NCBI GenBank assembly: GCA_046293555.1
Contig: JBKBOT010000020.1
Location: 1 to 29,249, forward strand
Reading direction: 5' to 3'
Origin: Pyrobaculum sp.
Lineage (GTDB): Archaea > Thermoproteota > Thermoprotei > Thermoproteales > Thermoproteaceae
Length of the DNA: 29,249 nt
The notes beneath the pieces are model-generated. The model was not told the origin of the DNA. It made no database searches and worked only from the letters and a program-made list of their open reading frames with translations. Positions 1 to 9,006 of the stretch are shown piece after piece. The translations under genes were made by a program, and so were the position numbers. Within the stretch, counting starts at the first letter, position 1; each line of letters begins with the position of its first letter.

Positions 1-147
1 AGCAGTGGCGGTACACAACAGGACGTTTCTCCCGTCTAGCAGCCCCGCCCTCACCGCGTCCTCCTGCGGCGGAAAAAGCCGCGTTACCCCCCGCCTCTTC
101 AAGACGTCGACCAGCCTGGCGTCGAGGGGGAGCTCTGTAACTTCCAT
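1..147 (-). CDS. hel308: Ski2-like SF2 DEAD/DEAH-box helicase (Hel308/Hjm), 5' part only
   Basis: Manual translation from ATG 147 gives MEVTELPLDARLVDVLKRRGVTRLFPPQEDAVRAGLLDGRNVLLCTATA. It contains a Q motif (LFPPQ) and the start of Walker A. The ATG overlaps the mcm stop (TGATG). Runs off the window, so it is absent from the ORF track. Confidence 0.8.
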   Translation of the reverse strand, partial: MEVTELPLDARLVDVLKRRGVTRLFPPQEDAVRAGLLDGRNVLLCTATA

Positions 148-2177
148 CAAACCCTCTTGATGTAGCCAGGCCTCGGGGTGTAGACCTCGCCGTTGCGGAT
201 CAACAGCTCTACAACCCTCTGCGTCTCGGCCCGCGGTATCCCAAACTTCTCCGCCTCCGCGACCAGCGTCTCCACCTTCACGGCCCCCCTCTCCACCTCC
301 TCAAGTCTCTTCAGCAGCTCCACCACCCTTATGTATGCCTCCCTCCTCGATGCCGGAACTCCAGTCATTATGGCGTCTATATCCACGGCGCCAGACTCAA
401 TGTCAATCCCCACAGACTTCAGGAAGGCTAGATACAGCCTGATGGCCCTCTCGGCGTCCTCCCCGGCGGCTATAGGGGAAAGCCTCATCTTAGCCTCGGC
501 GACGGTGAGGCGAATTAACGCCTCTAGCTGCCTGGCGGTAATAGCCACCGCGGTGCCAGGCCCCTGGTACCTACGCCGCATCTCTAGATAAAATGCCCTG
601 ACCCTCTCCTTGGCCTCCTCGCTGAGAACAGGCCTCACGTGCCTCCTGGCGTAAATTATGTACTTCCTAAGGAAGTCAGGCCTGAGGACATTTCTAAAAG
701 CCTCCGGGGTCCTGCCGGCATGTAGGTCAAGTATGTGGCTTGCAAGCGTCGAGTCGAAATCCTCCCGCGGCTCGTCCCTAATGACAAAAATGAGGTCAAA
801 ACGGCTGAGGAGCGACACGGGGAGGTCTATATTCTCCGCCACGGTGCGGTTTGGGAGATAGCGGCCGAAAGCGGGGTTAGCCGCCGCCAGTACTGCACTC
901 CGCGCGTTAAGAGTGGCCACAATACCCGCCTTACTTATAGAGACCGTGTTCTGCTCCATGGCCTCGTGGAGAGCCACCCGGTCCTTTGCGTCCATCTTGT
1001 CTATCTCGTCGATAACGGCGACGCCCCTATCTGCGAGAACCAACGCGCCTGCCTCTAGATAAAACTCGCCAGTTAGCTTATCTCTCACCACAGCCGCCGT
1101 AAGGCCAGCCGCCGAGGAGCCCTTGCCCGTGGTGTAGACAGCCCTCGGCGCGATTTTAGCCACAAACTTCAGTAATTGCGACTTGGCGGTGCCGGGGTCC
1201 CCCACCAGCAGTATGTTGACATCCCCCCTAACCCTCACCCCGTCTGGATACACCACCTCGTTGCCGCCAAAGAGGAGACACGCCACAGCCTCCTTCACCT
1301 CCTCGTAGCCGTAGATAGAGGGGGCGATAGACCTCACCACAACCTCCCTCACCTCCGGGCGGCGGGATAGCTCTAAGATCCTCTCCTCGTCCTCCTTGGT
1401 GATCTCCTCCACAAGCTCCTTGTTGGTAGTCTCCACATGGACGCCATAGATGTAGGAGGTCACTATGGGCGGCCTCCCCCTTCTCAACTCGCTGAGGGTT
1501 AAGTCCACCACTCCAGATAGAGACACGATGTCGCCAGGCTTCACGGCGTCCACAAGGTCGTCTAGCAGCACCACCTCCACGCTTCTGGGCAGCTGCCCCG
1601 GGGGGAGGTCCTCGGGCCTCTCCTGCACGATTACCCTCTGCCAGTCTACATACTCGCTGGCCTCGGTAACCAGGACAAAACTCCTGGGGGCGCCACACCT
1701 GGGGCACCTGCCGGGAGGCTCCACATGTCGCTCGAGGTCTTGCATAAGCTCGAGCTCGTAGCCACACTGGCCACAACGGTAGAGAGCCCTCCGTAGGAAA
1801 TGTTTAGGCGGCGTCTGCCTCGTCACGATGCCCTCAATACGGATCAGACGGCCGATATACTCAGATCTCAACTTACGCAGAGGGACCACCAGCGGGGAGC
1901 CCCGCGGCCTGAAGTAAAACCGCCTGAGGACACGGGCGGTCTCCGGGTCCTTCTCCTCCACCACCTCCCTCACCGCCTTGTCGGCCTCGGGCAACACCAC
2001 CTTCGGCCTCTCGACGATGAGGTCAGCCAAAAACTTGTCAAACATAAGGACGTCGTGGAAGTCCACCTCCAGCGACCGCCTCCTCTGGATGATAATATTC
2101 ACCACCTCGTCAGAAACCTTCTCGCTAGAGAGAATAAACTCCTTAAACCTATCCCGAAGGGCCTCCAGATCCAACAC
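147..2177 (-). CDS. mcm: Replicative DNA helicase MCM
   Basis: Zn finger CGQC..CPRC, Walker A GDPGTAKS, Walker B IDEIDKM, arginine finger SRFD, C-terminal winged-helix-like tail. 676 aa, no intein. Confidence 0.98.
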   Translation of the reverse strand: MLDLEALRDRFKEFILSSEKVSDEVVNIIIQRRRSLEVDFHDVLMFDKFLADLIVERPKVVLPEADKAVREVVEEKDPETARVLRRFYFRPRGSPLVVPLRKLRSEYIGRLIRIEGIVTRQTPPKHFLRRALYRCGQCGYELELMQDLERHVEPPGRCPRCGAPRSFVLVTEASEYVDWQRVIVQERPEDLPPGQLPRSVEVVLLDDLVDAVKPGDIVSLSGVVDLTLSELRRGRPPIVTSYIYGVHVETTNKELVEEITKEDEERILELSRRPEVREVVVRSIAPSIYGYEEVKEAVACLLFGGNEVVYPDGVRVRGDVNILLVGDPGTAKSQLLKFVAKIAPRAVYTTGKGSSAAGLTAAVVRDKLTGEFYLEAGALVLADRGVAVIDEIDKMDAKDRVALHEAMEQNTVSISKAGIVATLNARSAVLAAANPAFGRYLPNRTVAENIDLPVSLLSRFDLIFVIRDEPREDFDSTLASHILDLHAGRTPEAFRNVLRPDFLRKYIIYARRHVRPVLSEEAKERVRAFYLEMRRRYQGPGTAVAITARQLEALIRLTVAEAKMRLSPIAAGEDAERAIRLYLAFLKSVGIDIESGAVDIDAIMTGVPASRREAYIRVVELLKRLEEVERGAVKVETLVAEAEKFGIPRAETQRVVELLIRNGEVYTPRPGYIKRV

Positions 2178-2197
2178 GACAGAAGGTGAAAAACAAG

Positions 2198-2205
2198 TTA
2201 TAAAA
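2198..2205 (-). promoter_or_regulatory. TATA box of mcm-hel308 (leaderless)
   Basis: TTTTATAA on the minus strand begins 28 nt upstream of the GTG at 2177. Confidence 0.7.
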
Positions 2206-2222
2206 ATAGGCCAGTAATACCG

Positions 2223-2786
2223 TCAACACCGAAAGCCGGTAGAGTTCGCACAAAGACTTACGTCAACTAAAAGGGCAGAACAGCCGGATTTCGTCAAGTC
2301 CAAAAGGCCGCCGGCCACACAGCCGCCAGGCAGCGGCTGTCCCCCCCTGCAGTCATAAGGGACAAACCTGCCCGCTAGATATAGGCCCTTCCTGTGTTCC
2401 ACAGCCCATTTAGTCACGTTAAAAGTCCAAGCCGTGGCGGTGGCCCAAGCCTCCCCCCGCCCCCTCTGCCCAACTGCCGTCACGTTGACGTAGAGAAACC
2501 CCCCCTCGTTCTTCACGCAGATAGATACGCCAGCAGAGTCAAAACCAAAAAAGGCGCGGGGGATAAAAACCGTCTGGTTGATCATATACACCCCCGGCAG
2601 GCTGGCGCCAGCCAAGAGGTCTCTCACCTGCGACGCGATGAAGTCAGCCACAGAGCTCGCCAAAAGCCCCACGTCTTCTTCCAACACCCATTGTGCATAC
2701 ATGTCTACCAACACCGCCAGTATGGCCACAGCTGCGGCGAAGGCGATAAACAAGACCACCGCAGAGGTGGAGACAACCCCCCTCAT
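2223..2786 (-). CDS. Type IV pilin-like protein (minor pilin) with class III signal peptide
   Basis: MRG|VVSTSAVVLFIAFAAAVAIL followed by an amphipathic helix, several N-X-S/T sequons and C-terminal cysteines. ATGA-type 4-nt overlap is not used here: the start overlaps the TAA of the upstream gene region (2783-2786). Confidence 0.65.
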   Translation of the reverse strand: MRGVVSTSAVVLFIAFAAAVAILAVLVDMYAQWVLEEDVGLLASSVADFIASQVRDLLAGASLPGVYMINQTVFIPRAFFGFDSAGVSICVKNEGGFLYVNVTAVGQRGRGEAWATATAWTFNVTKWAVEHRKGLYLAGRFVPYDCRGGQPLPGGCVAGGLLDLTKSGCSALLVDVSLCANSTGFRC

Positions 2787-3430
2787 CTTAACGACACGAC
2801 GGCCTCCTGCACCACGAGATACACGACGCCGCCTAGCGGCACCTCCACGCCCCCCACCGCCATGCGGTCACAGCCACTGTACTTTTTCACATCCACACTC
2901 CTCATCTCGTAGGTGAGGTAACTATAGCCGCCGAGACGAACCGTGGCGTTTATTAGATATATGTAGCTCTCCCCCTCGCCCCTCACAACAAACAGCCTGG
3001 GGTAAAGCCGTATGTTGCCAGGCTGGGTAGAGTTTACGGCAAACAAGGTGTCCCCCGGCTCTGCAAAAAGGCCACCTCCCATTCCCCTATACAGCCTACC
3101 CACGTCCACCAAATAGGTGGAGTTATACCACACAGAAAAACTACGCCAAGCGAGAACAACGTCGCCACCACACCACAGCTTCACTCTGTAGGTAGAGTTC
3201 ACCACTCCAAACCTGCCGTAGTAAAAACTAGGCAGGGCGAAGTACTTCCGCGAGCCAGACATGCCAAAATCGGCCTCCATAGAGTCAGCTAAAAGCAAGA
3301 TGTAATTCAAGGCGTTGCGGTACTCCAACGGCGCCATGGAGGCATAAAGCATGTTCACCACATAAGGCAAAGCCGCAAATACCACCAAAAGCGCTATAGC
3401 AGTTAACACCAAAACCTCAAGCGACGTCAT
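2783..3430 (-). CDS. Type IV pilin-like protein lacking a cleavable leader
   Basis: Starts MTSLEVLVLTAIALL (Glu at +5, hydrophobic helix), matching the mature N-terminus MTSLEIAII of the major pilin at 14764. An in-frame TGA lies 10 codons upstream. ATGA overlap with the upstream gene, GGGAGG SD-like motif, four sequons. Confidence 0.65.
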   Translation of the reverse strand: MTSLEVLVLTAIALLVVFAALPYVVNMLYASMAPLEYRNALNYILLLADSMEADFGMSGSRKYFALPSFYYGRFGVVNSTYRVKLWCGGDVVLAWRSFSVWYNSTYLVDVGRLYRGMGGGLFAEPGDTLFAVNSTQPGNIRLYPRLFVVRGEGESYIYLINATVRLGGYSYLTYEMRSVDVKKYSGCDRMAVGGVEVPLGGVVYLVVQEAVVSLR

Positions 3431-6400
3431 GTCGTCGAGTAAGGCCTCCCCTTGTAATCACCAAAGTCCAGATAGTAATACGGCCTAGGCCACGTGAAGG
3501 GAATAAAAGCCACAGATAGAGACGGCGTGACTCGCCGAAATGCCGTCATGGGCCTCCCGCCGAGCGCCGGCGCGCTGTTTGGATACGACCTAAACCACCA
3601 CGGCGGCTCGCCAGAAGTGACCACTTGATACAACACCATAGACGGAGAGATAGATATAGTGTAGTTAACAATGGTGGGTATAGCTCCCCTACTGTATTCC
3701 CAGATATGCATGTCAAAACAGAACCCATCGTAGTGCCACCACCATACCGATACTAGATCTCTACGCTGAATACCCACCATGAGCCTATTGGGGGAACACT
3801 GCCAGCTCAACGTGTCGTTATATAGAGCCACCGAGGTCTGGCTAGTGGCAGAAATAACTGCGGTAAAGCCATCGGGATATGTGGACAAGCTGGCCCATTG
3901 ACTAACGTCAACTATATTTCTAGCAAAATAGTCAAAGACCTTCAAGTCGTTCGTCCCGCCGCCGCATAACGCCATGAGTACCGCCCTGCCGGATAGGGGC
4001 ATTGATGGGGACTCTACGCGTATCCAAAGCCTCCCAGTGCCCTCTCCATACACCTTTAGCTCTCTCCATGTGCCCCCTATAAACTCATAGGCGCGGGGAG
4101 TTTGGCTAAATTCAGCATGTATCAACAGGGTGTAGTACTGTAGAGAGGCGTTGCCGGGGAAATATATCCTCACGTATTTAGGCGATTGACACGGCGGATT
4201 TATCGGTGTAATGGGCCTCTGCCAGTGGGGTAGGTAGCTGTCTAGCTGTGTCGGCGGTGTTCTGAACGTGATGTTTACCACAGATCCGGGGGGTATGAGG
4301 ACTATGGTCTGTTTCGTTGTGGTGGAGACGTCAAATATGCCCATGTAGCGGCTGTCTGTCGGGCTTATGTCTACTACCGGCCTCTGTCCTTGCCAGGGTA
4401 TTGTGAGAACCGCCGTGCCGTTTCCCTCGTTTATGATGTAATAACTACGGCCCAGCCGTAGTGAGTATAGCTGTGGCTTTGTGTTTGAGAGGGCCACCTT
4501 GGCGCCGAAGATGTTTATCAACACGGCGTGGCTCACCCAGGTGGGTACTGTAAACGTGATGTTGTACTCCGCCCGGTCCACCCCGCCGAAGTAGCCATAG
4601 TATCTAGACAACGTGACTGAACAGAGCTCGGAGGGACACGTCTTGTTGACATAGGTGGACCCCAGGCTGTAGAATAGGCTAAAGGCCGCAGATAGGGTGC
4701 CTCTAGGCACCGTGGTGTTGACGGCGACTGTGTAGGAGTAGGTGGCTTGGTTGGGCCCTCTCGACACCGTGGCGGCTTTGACTATGGTGGCGTTTAGCGA
4801 AACCCTCCTCACTATAGCCAAGTTCTCCACGCCCGCCAGCCCAATGCCGCCGCTGAGTGTAGCCACGACGTTTACACTGCCACTGCCTCTAGCCACTATA
4901 TCCACCCTATTTGGCCTAGCCAGCGGCGGGTATTCAAGCCGGGATAACGCCACGGAGGGGGGCGGCTCCACGTAAGGCCTAACCCTCACGTAGGCATATC
5001 TAGCGGCCTCACGCCACCCCGCCGTGGTGCTTGCCGGGTTGTCCACAATGGCGCTGCCCAACACTATGTAAAATCTCCAGTCTGTAGTGCCCCACGGCGC
5101 CTGGCCTAACCTCTTGCCGCCTAGAGGGACCAGGGGGCGGGTGGAGTTGTAGAGATATACGTTGTAGAGAGTAGACGCGCCAGTAAACGATATGGAGTAG
5201 AGATACCACACATCCCCGAAAGATATGGCGCCCGCATCGTCCCAAGTCCTCCCGTTCCAAACCCCAGAGCCGCCACGCCAGCTGGACCACACAAGTACGG
5301 GAGATACGGCCTGAATGGCCACAACATTGGCGCAGATGGGGTGCGTGGAGTCAGGCGGCGACGTGTAGTAATACAGGTCTAGCCTCGCCGGCCTTATCGT
5401 GCCTAGAGACAACGGCCTTACCAAAGCCTCTACGGTAGCCCCCCTCCACCCCTGTATAGGGACCGGCCCCATGTAGACATTAAACCCCCAATTCCTAGTG
5501 CCGGCCTGGTAATCAGCCCAGATCTCCGCGGCTTCAAACCCGCCGTCGGGCACCAGCTTGACGCCACTGGCGTCAACGCCGCCGGTCACCGGATTCGACC
5601 TACATTGATCGCGCACCACCCTTCGACTCCAGCTAGCTATGTCCTCCCCGCTCCAAAACCACGACAACTCCTTGTTGTAGTCTTTAAACGCTCCGTTGTT
5701 GTATATGACTTGTGTGGCAAATGTTGCGTGCGGGTTGTTGTTAGCACTCTTGTTGATAGGTATGTCGAAAGGATAAACCTGGCTGTTTACAACACACAAC
5801 GCCGGCAGCACGTCGCCGACGTAGTTAGGCGCATATACCAGCAAGATCTCTAACGTCTTGCCTTTCCTCAATACTGGCGAGCCTACCTCAACGCTAGATG
5901 GTATCCTCACGTGTAGGAGGCATAGTGGACACTTGGCGACCTCGGCCCACCAGGGCAGCTGTATAAACGCCTCTTCACATCTCCCCGCACGTATGGTGTC
6001 GTTGTTTACTAGAAATAGATAGAGGCTACTACTCATGTCGACGGCCCTAAGTCCGTCTAACAGCTCTGCGAGAGCCGTGTTGTAGTCTTCCCCCAAGGCG
6101 CCTGGTTCAGACACATGTCCGCCATATGTCACCACGTAGTAGCCGTCATAATCCTCTCCATTCCACGTCACTGTGAGCCTATATAGCCTCACGCCGCCGG
6201 GTATAGACACCCTTCCGCCTCTAAAGGACTCTAGATTCCATGAAGACAACTCTACGGCCTGTGGGTAAGGCCCCAGGGAGCCGTTAAAGCCGCCGAACTT
6301 CAGCCCGTAGCTATAACTCAGCTGTGCCCCCAGCGGCAGTAAGTTCTGCCTCAGGGAGGTAAAAGTCTTGTTCACATAGCCGCCAGCCACGTTGTAAACC

Positions 6401-6651
6401 AGGGCGGGGTCTCCGTAGAGACCTGTAGTGAGCCCGCCGGTAGACACAAGCGAGGAGGCCTTGAGCACTGCCTGTAGCGTGTGGGAATCCGCCAGGTCCA
6501 CCACCTCGGGCCAGGGCTTGGCGTATATGCCGTACCCATGTCTAATCCCTGCAGACTGCTGCCCCATCTGTACGGCCAGCTGGGCGGCTAAAATGGCCGT
6601 CAGCGCTATGGCCACCACAAGCGCCGTTAGTAACACCAGCTGGCCCCTCAT
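3427..6651 (-). CDS. Large pilin-like adhesin: class III signal peptide plus beta-rich DUF2341-like and ConA/LamG-like domains
   Basis: MRG|QLVLLTALVVAIAL N-terminus. LPWWAE..LLHVRIP..TLEILLVY resembles DUF2341. ATVEALVRP..VWYLYSISF..YVRVRPYVEPPPSV resembles a ConA/LamG-like fold. More than 10 sequons and no C-terminal anchor. Domain calls are by motif recall only. Confidence 0.65.
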   Translation of the reverse strand: MRGQLVLLTALVVAIALTAILAAQLAVQMGQQSAGIRHGYGIYAKPWPEVVDLADSHTLQAVLKASSLVSTGGLTTGLYGDPALVYNVAGGYVNKTFTSLRQNLLPLGAQLSYSYGLKFGGFNGSLGPYPQAVELSSWNLESFRGGRVSIPGGVRLYRLTVTWNGEDYDGYYVVTYGGHVSEPGALGEDYNTALAELLDGLRAVDMSSSLYLFLVNNDTIRAGRCEEAFIQLPWWAEVAKCPLCLLHVRIPSSVEVGSPVLRKGKTLEILLVYAPNYVGDVLPALCVVNSQVYPFDIPINKSANNNPHATFATQVIYNNGAFKDYNKELSWFWSGEDIASWSRRVVRDQCRSNPVTGGVDASGVKLVPDGGFEAAEIWADYQAGTRNWGFNVYMGPVPIQGWRGATVEALVRPLSLGTIRPARLDLYYYTSPPDSTHPICANVVAIQAVSPVLVWSSWRGGSGVWNGRTWDDAGAISFGDVWYLYSISFTGASTLYNVYLYNSTRPLVPLGGKRLGQAPWGTTDWRFYIVLGSAIVDNPASTTAGWREAARYAYVRVRPYVEPPPSVALSRLEYPPLARPNRVDIVARGSGSVNVVATLSGGIGLAGVENLAIVRRVSLNATIVKAATVSRGPNQATYSYTVAVNTTVPRGTLSAAFSLFYSLGSTYVNKTCPSELCSVTLSRYYGYFGGVDRAEYNITFTVPTWVSHAVLINIFGAKVALSNTKPQLYSLRLGRSYYIINEGNGTAVLTIPWQGQRPVVDISPTDSRYMGIFDVSTTTKQTIVLIPPGSVVNITFRTPPTQLDSYLPHWQRPITPINPPCQSPKYVRIYFPGNASLQYYTLLIHAEFSQTPRAYEFIGGTWRELKVYGEGTGRLWIRVESPSMPLSGRAVLMALCGGGTNDLKVFDYFARNIVDVSQWASLSTYPDGFTAVISATSQTSVALYNDTLSWQCSPNRLMVGIQRRDLVSVWWWHYDGFCFDMHIWEYSRGAIPTIVNYTISISPSMVLYQVVTSGEPPWWFRSYPNSAPALGGRPMTAFRRVTPSLSVAFIPFTWPRPYYYLDFGDYKGRPYSTT

Positions 6652-7094
6652 GGCCTCTCTAGCGAGAGCTCAAGCCTCACCCTAGTCCCGTCGCTCAACA
6701 CCGCGGTGACTACAGCCACATCTACGCCGCGGCCAACGCCGCCGTAGCCGAGGGGTCTAGACACAGAGGCCAACTTCTGTCTCCACTCCGCACATGCTAG
6801 ACAGGTCGGCGGCCTCACGTCGTCTAGGTAGACAGAAAAGTTGTAGAAATACCGCACTGAAATCACCGCGTTTAACGCCTCTCTCAGCCTGGCGGCGTCG
6901 TTGCTACATATGGCCTCCTCTACAGACGCCATAAATGTGGGGTCTGCAGACAGCCTGAGGAGGACAAAATAGGCGTTGGCGGCCACCTCCCTCTCGGAGG
7001 CGATGGCCAGAGGCGCCGGGGCCGCTATGGAAAATACATAAAAGACAGAGCCCAACACCACGGCCGACAGCGCCAGCTCTACAAGCCACCTCAC
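6648..7094 (-). CDS. Small pilin-like membrane-anchored protein
   Basis: MRWLVELALSAVVLGSVFYVF hydrophobic helix with an early Glu, then an amphipathic helix and a small beta domain. 4-nt overlaps with both neighbours. Confidence 0.55.
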   Translation of the reverse strand: MRWLVELALSAVVLGSVFYVFSIAAPAPLAIASEREVAANAYFVLLRLSADPTFMASVEEAICSNDAARLREALNAVISVRYFYNFSVYLDDVRPPTCLACAEWRQKLASVSRPLGYGGVGRGVDVAVVTAVLSDGTRVRLELSLERP

Positions 7095-8383
7095 GGCCTC
7101 CTATATACCAACACCTCCACCAGATAGGTGGCAGACTGTGAGTCTACAACCCGCGTGGCTTTTGCCGTTTGGAGCTTAGGCTCTAGAGGAGTCCACCGCC
7201 TCCAGGTGTCCAGCTGGATAGACCCACGGGCCACGGGCATCAACGGGACGACCGCAAGCGCGCTCTCGGGGCGTCCAACTCTCTCTACCTGTACAACTGC
7301 AAACAGCGCGTTTGGCGGCACCTCTACCCAACACGCCGCACATCTGGCGTTAGAAGTACAGCCGCTGCAGTGATCAACCTTTACCACTCCAGCCCCTTGT
7401 CCAGGGTCTAGGGTTATATCGCTTCCGAGGTTTATAAATCCGCCGCCGGTATAGATCTGTAACTTTCTCACGCCTAACGCCGGCGGGTTGGAGTCGGCTC
7501 TGCACAGAGAGTCGTGTAGTAGCCACAGCTGGTTGCGAAAAGAGAGAAACATGCCGTAAGCCAGAGGCCTGTCGGCAGTGTTGAAGGCATATAGGTCGAA
7601 ACCACGTGGGTAGTCTAGCCTCTGTACATATATGGCGAGGTGGCTACGCCCACCTGCCGTGTCTTGTATTAACCTGTTAAGCCTGTCGTCTAGCATGTTT
7701 GCCTGATAGAACTGGCCAGAGGGCGTGAGGCTGTATGTCTTCGAGTAGACGTCACACACATCGTCATAACAATAGAGTACTGTGGCCACCACACGGCCCC
7801 CGGCGGTCGACCTTATCCAAACCCCCTGGGGGACGTCGACACACATGGGGTCGCCGCGCGTGAAGCCCTGTATGTTGGGACATATCGTCAGGTTTGCCAG
7901 GGGCTTTATCCTAACCGACATGTCGTAAAGATCCCACTTCTCTCCAAAAAAGTTTTTCAACAAGGCGGCGTAGTCTACCTCCACGCTGCCGGCTGGAGTC
8001 AAGACGCCAAACCCGGCCACATACGCCCTGTCGACACCTGTCTCCTCTACAAACGCCTGCTGCCTTATCTCACACGTGCCAGAGGCGGCGGTGCCATATG
8101 TCAACATTACTAACTTCCTGTCGTCTATCTGCGGCTGGTAGAGCGGCCGGGGGGCCGACAGGGTTAAGTCTACAATCCTCCACGCAGGCTGCCCGCCTTG
8201 CCTCCTTGCCGCAATGTCGCCCTCTGCGATGATCATCCTGTCGAGTGCCTGCTGTGCTAGGTTTGTGAGTTGAGGCTGTTGTGTTACGTCATAGGGAGGG
8301 GCATGTGCCGGAAGGAGGAGGAAGGCGAAAGCTACAAATGCGAGAAGTATCCCAGCCACAACCGCCACCTCTACCGCCTCCAC
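7091..8383 (-). CDS. Pilin-like secreted Cys-rich protein, first gene of the operon
   Basis: Start re-placed at GTG 8383, 26 nt after the TATA box, giving MEAVEVAVVAGILLAFVAFAF (Glu at +5). Amphipathic helix LTNLAQQALDRMI and many cysteines. The ORF track start is TTG 8392. Confidence 0.6.
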   Translation of the reverse strand: MEAVEVAVVAGILLAFVAFAFLLLPAHAPPYDVTQQPQLTNLAQQALDRMIIAEGDIAARRQGGQPAWRIVDLTLSAPRPLYQPQIDDRKLVMLTYGTAASGTCEIRQQAFVEETGVDRAYVAGFGVLTPAGSVEVDYAALLKNFFGEKWDLYDMSVRIKPLANLTICPNIQGFTRGDPMCVDVPQGVWIRSTAGGRVVATVLYCYDDVCDVYSKTYSLTPSGQFYQANMLDDRLNRLIQDTAGGRSHLAIYVQRLDYPRGFDLYAFNTADRPLAYGMFLSFRNQLWLLHDSLCRADSNPPALGVRKLQIYTGGGFINLGSDITLDPGQGAGVVKVDHCSGCTSNARCAACWVEVPPNALFAVVQVERVGRPESALAVVPLMPVARGSIQLDTWRRWTPLEPKLQTAKATRVVDSQSATYLVEVLVYRRP

Positions 8384-8401
8384 GTTGTACAAGTGGTGTT
8401 T

Positions 8402-8409
8402 TTTATATA
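8402..8409 (-). promoter_or_regulatory. BRE/TATA box of the pilin-like operon
   Basis: Minus strand reads cgcaaaag-a-TATATAAA, 26 nt upstream of GTG 8383. Confidence 0.7.
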
Positions 8410-8432
8410 TCTTTTGCGGTGTGGTTTGTTGG

Positions 8433-8987
8433 CTAGACGAGTATGTAGAAGTTGTGATGTCTCCCTCTCTTCATGAGGCCTAGAGAGATTGGCCTCACGC
8501 CGGCTAGCTCAGCCAGCTCTTCCAGCCTGTGGACGTAATAAAGCCTCGCCGCCCGCCTCCCCCACGGCACCTCCCAGACGCCGGGAGCCACCTCGCGGCC
8601 TCTGTCTGGCCGCCACACTGTGGCCACCGCCGCCGCGGCCACCCTCTTGGCCTCTCTTAACGCAACGGCGGCCGCCTCTTTAGGCATGTGGTGGAGGACA
8701 GCCACTAGATACGCCACGTCAAAAGCGCCGTCTCTAAACGGCAGCAGGTTGGCCTCACACTCCACAGAGTCCCCGCCTGGGGTAAGCCTCCTGTCTAAAT
8801 CGCAGTGTACCACATAGCGGTGCTGGCGTTCAAAATACAGCGGCTGGGCCCCCCTGCCGGACCCCACGTCTAACGCCCTCTCCCCAAAATCGGCGAGGTC
8901 GGCCACCGGCAGCGGCCTCGTCCGGGTGGCTTGGTACTCCCCGCCGATGGCGAGATAGGCGTTTCTAGCGGCCTTGGCCCAATCCAC
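8433..8987 (-). CDS. Class I SAM methyltransferase, Trm9/ALKBH8-like tRNA cm5U34 methyltransferase
   Basis: Motif I LDVGSGRG. AYLAIGGEYQATRTRPLP, AVLHHM, ATVW and VPW..RLYYVH..EEL parallel the Trm9 motifs Y..IA.HF..TR..PWP, AVxHH, VW and VPW..RYYH.F..EL. Divergent from elp3. Start re-placed at GTG 8987 (track: TTG 9005). Confidence 0.7.
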   Translation of the reverse strand: MDWAKAARNAYLAIGGEYQATRTRPLPVADLADFGERALDVGSGRGAQPLYFERQHRYVVHCDLDRRLTPGGDSVECEANLLPFRDGAFDVAYLVAVLHHMPKEAAAVALREAKRVAAAAVATVWRPDRGREVAPGVWEVPWGRRAARLYYVHRLEELAELAGVRPISLGLMKRGRHHNFYILV

Positions 8988-9006
8988 TTGGCGATATGTA
9001 CACAAT

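Noticed and set aside
193-2217. Multiple antisense and alternate-frame ORFs over mcm, and similar ones over the oxidoreductase genes, fbp, carA and carB
   Set aside because: Shadow ORFs of GC-rich conserved genes with no motifs or promoters of their own.
2223-8383. Provirus or archaellum operon
   Set aside because: No integrase, att repeats, packaging ATPase or arlH/I/J. Composition resembles the host, and the N-termini are pilin-like.
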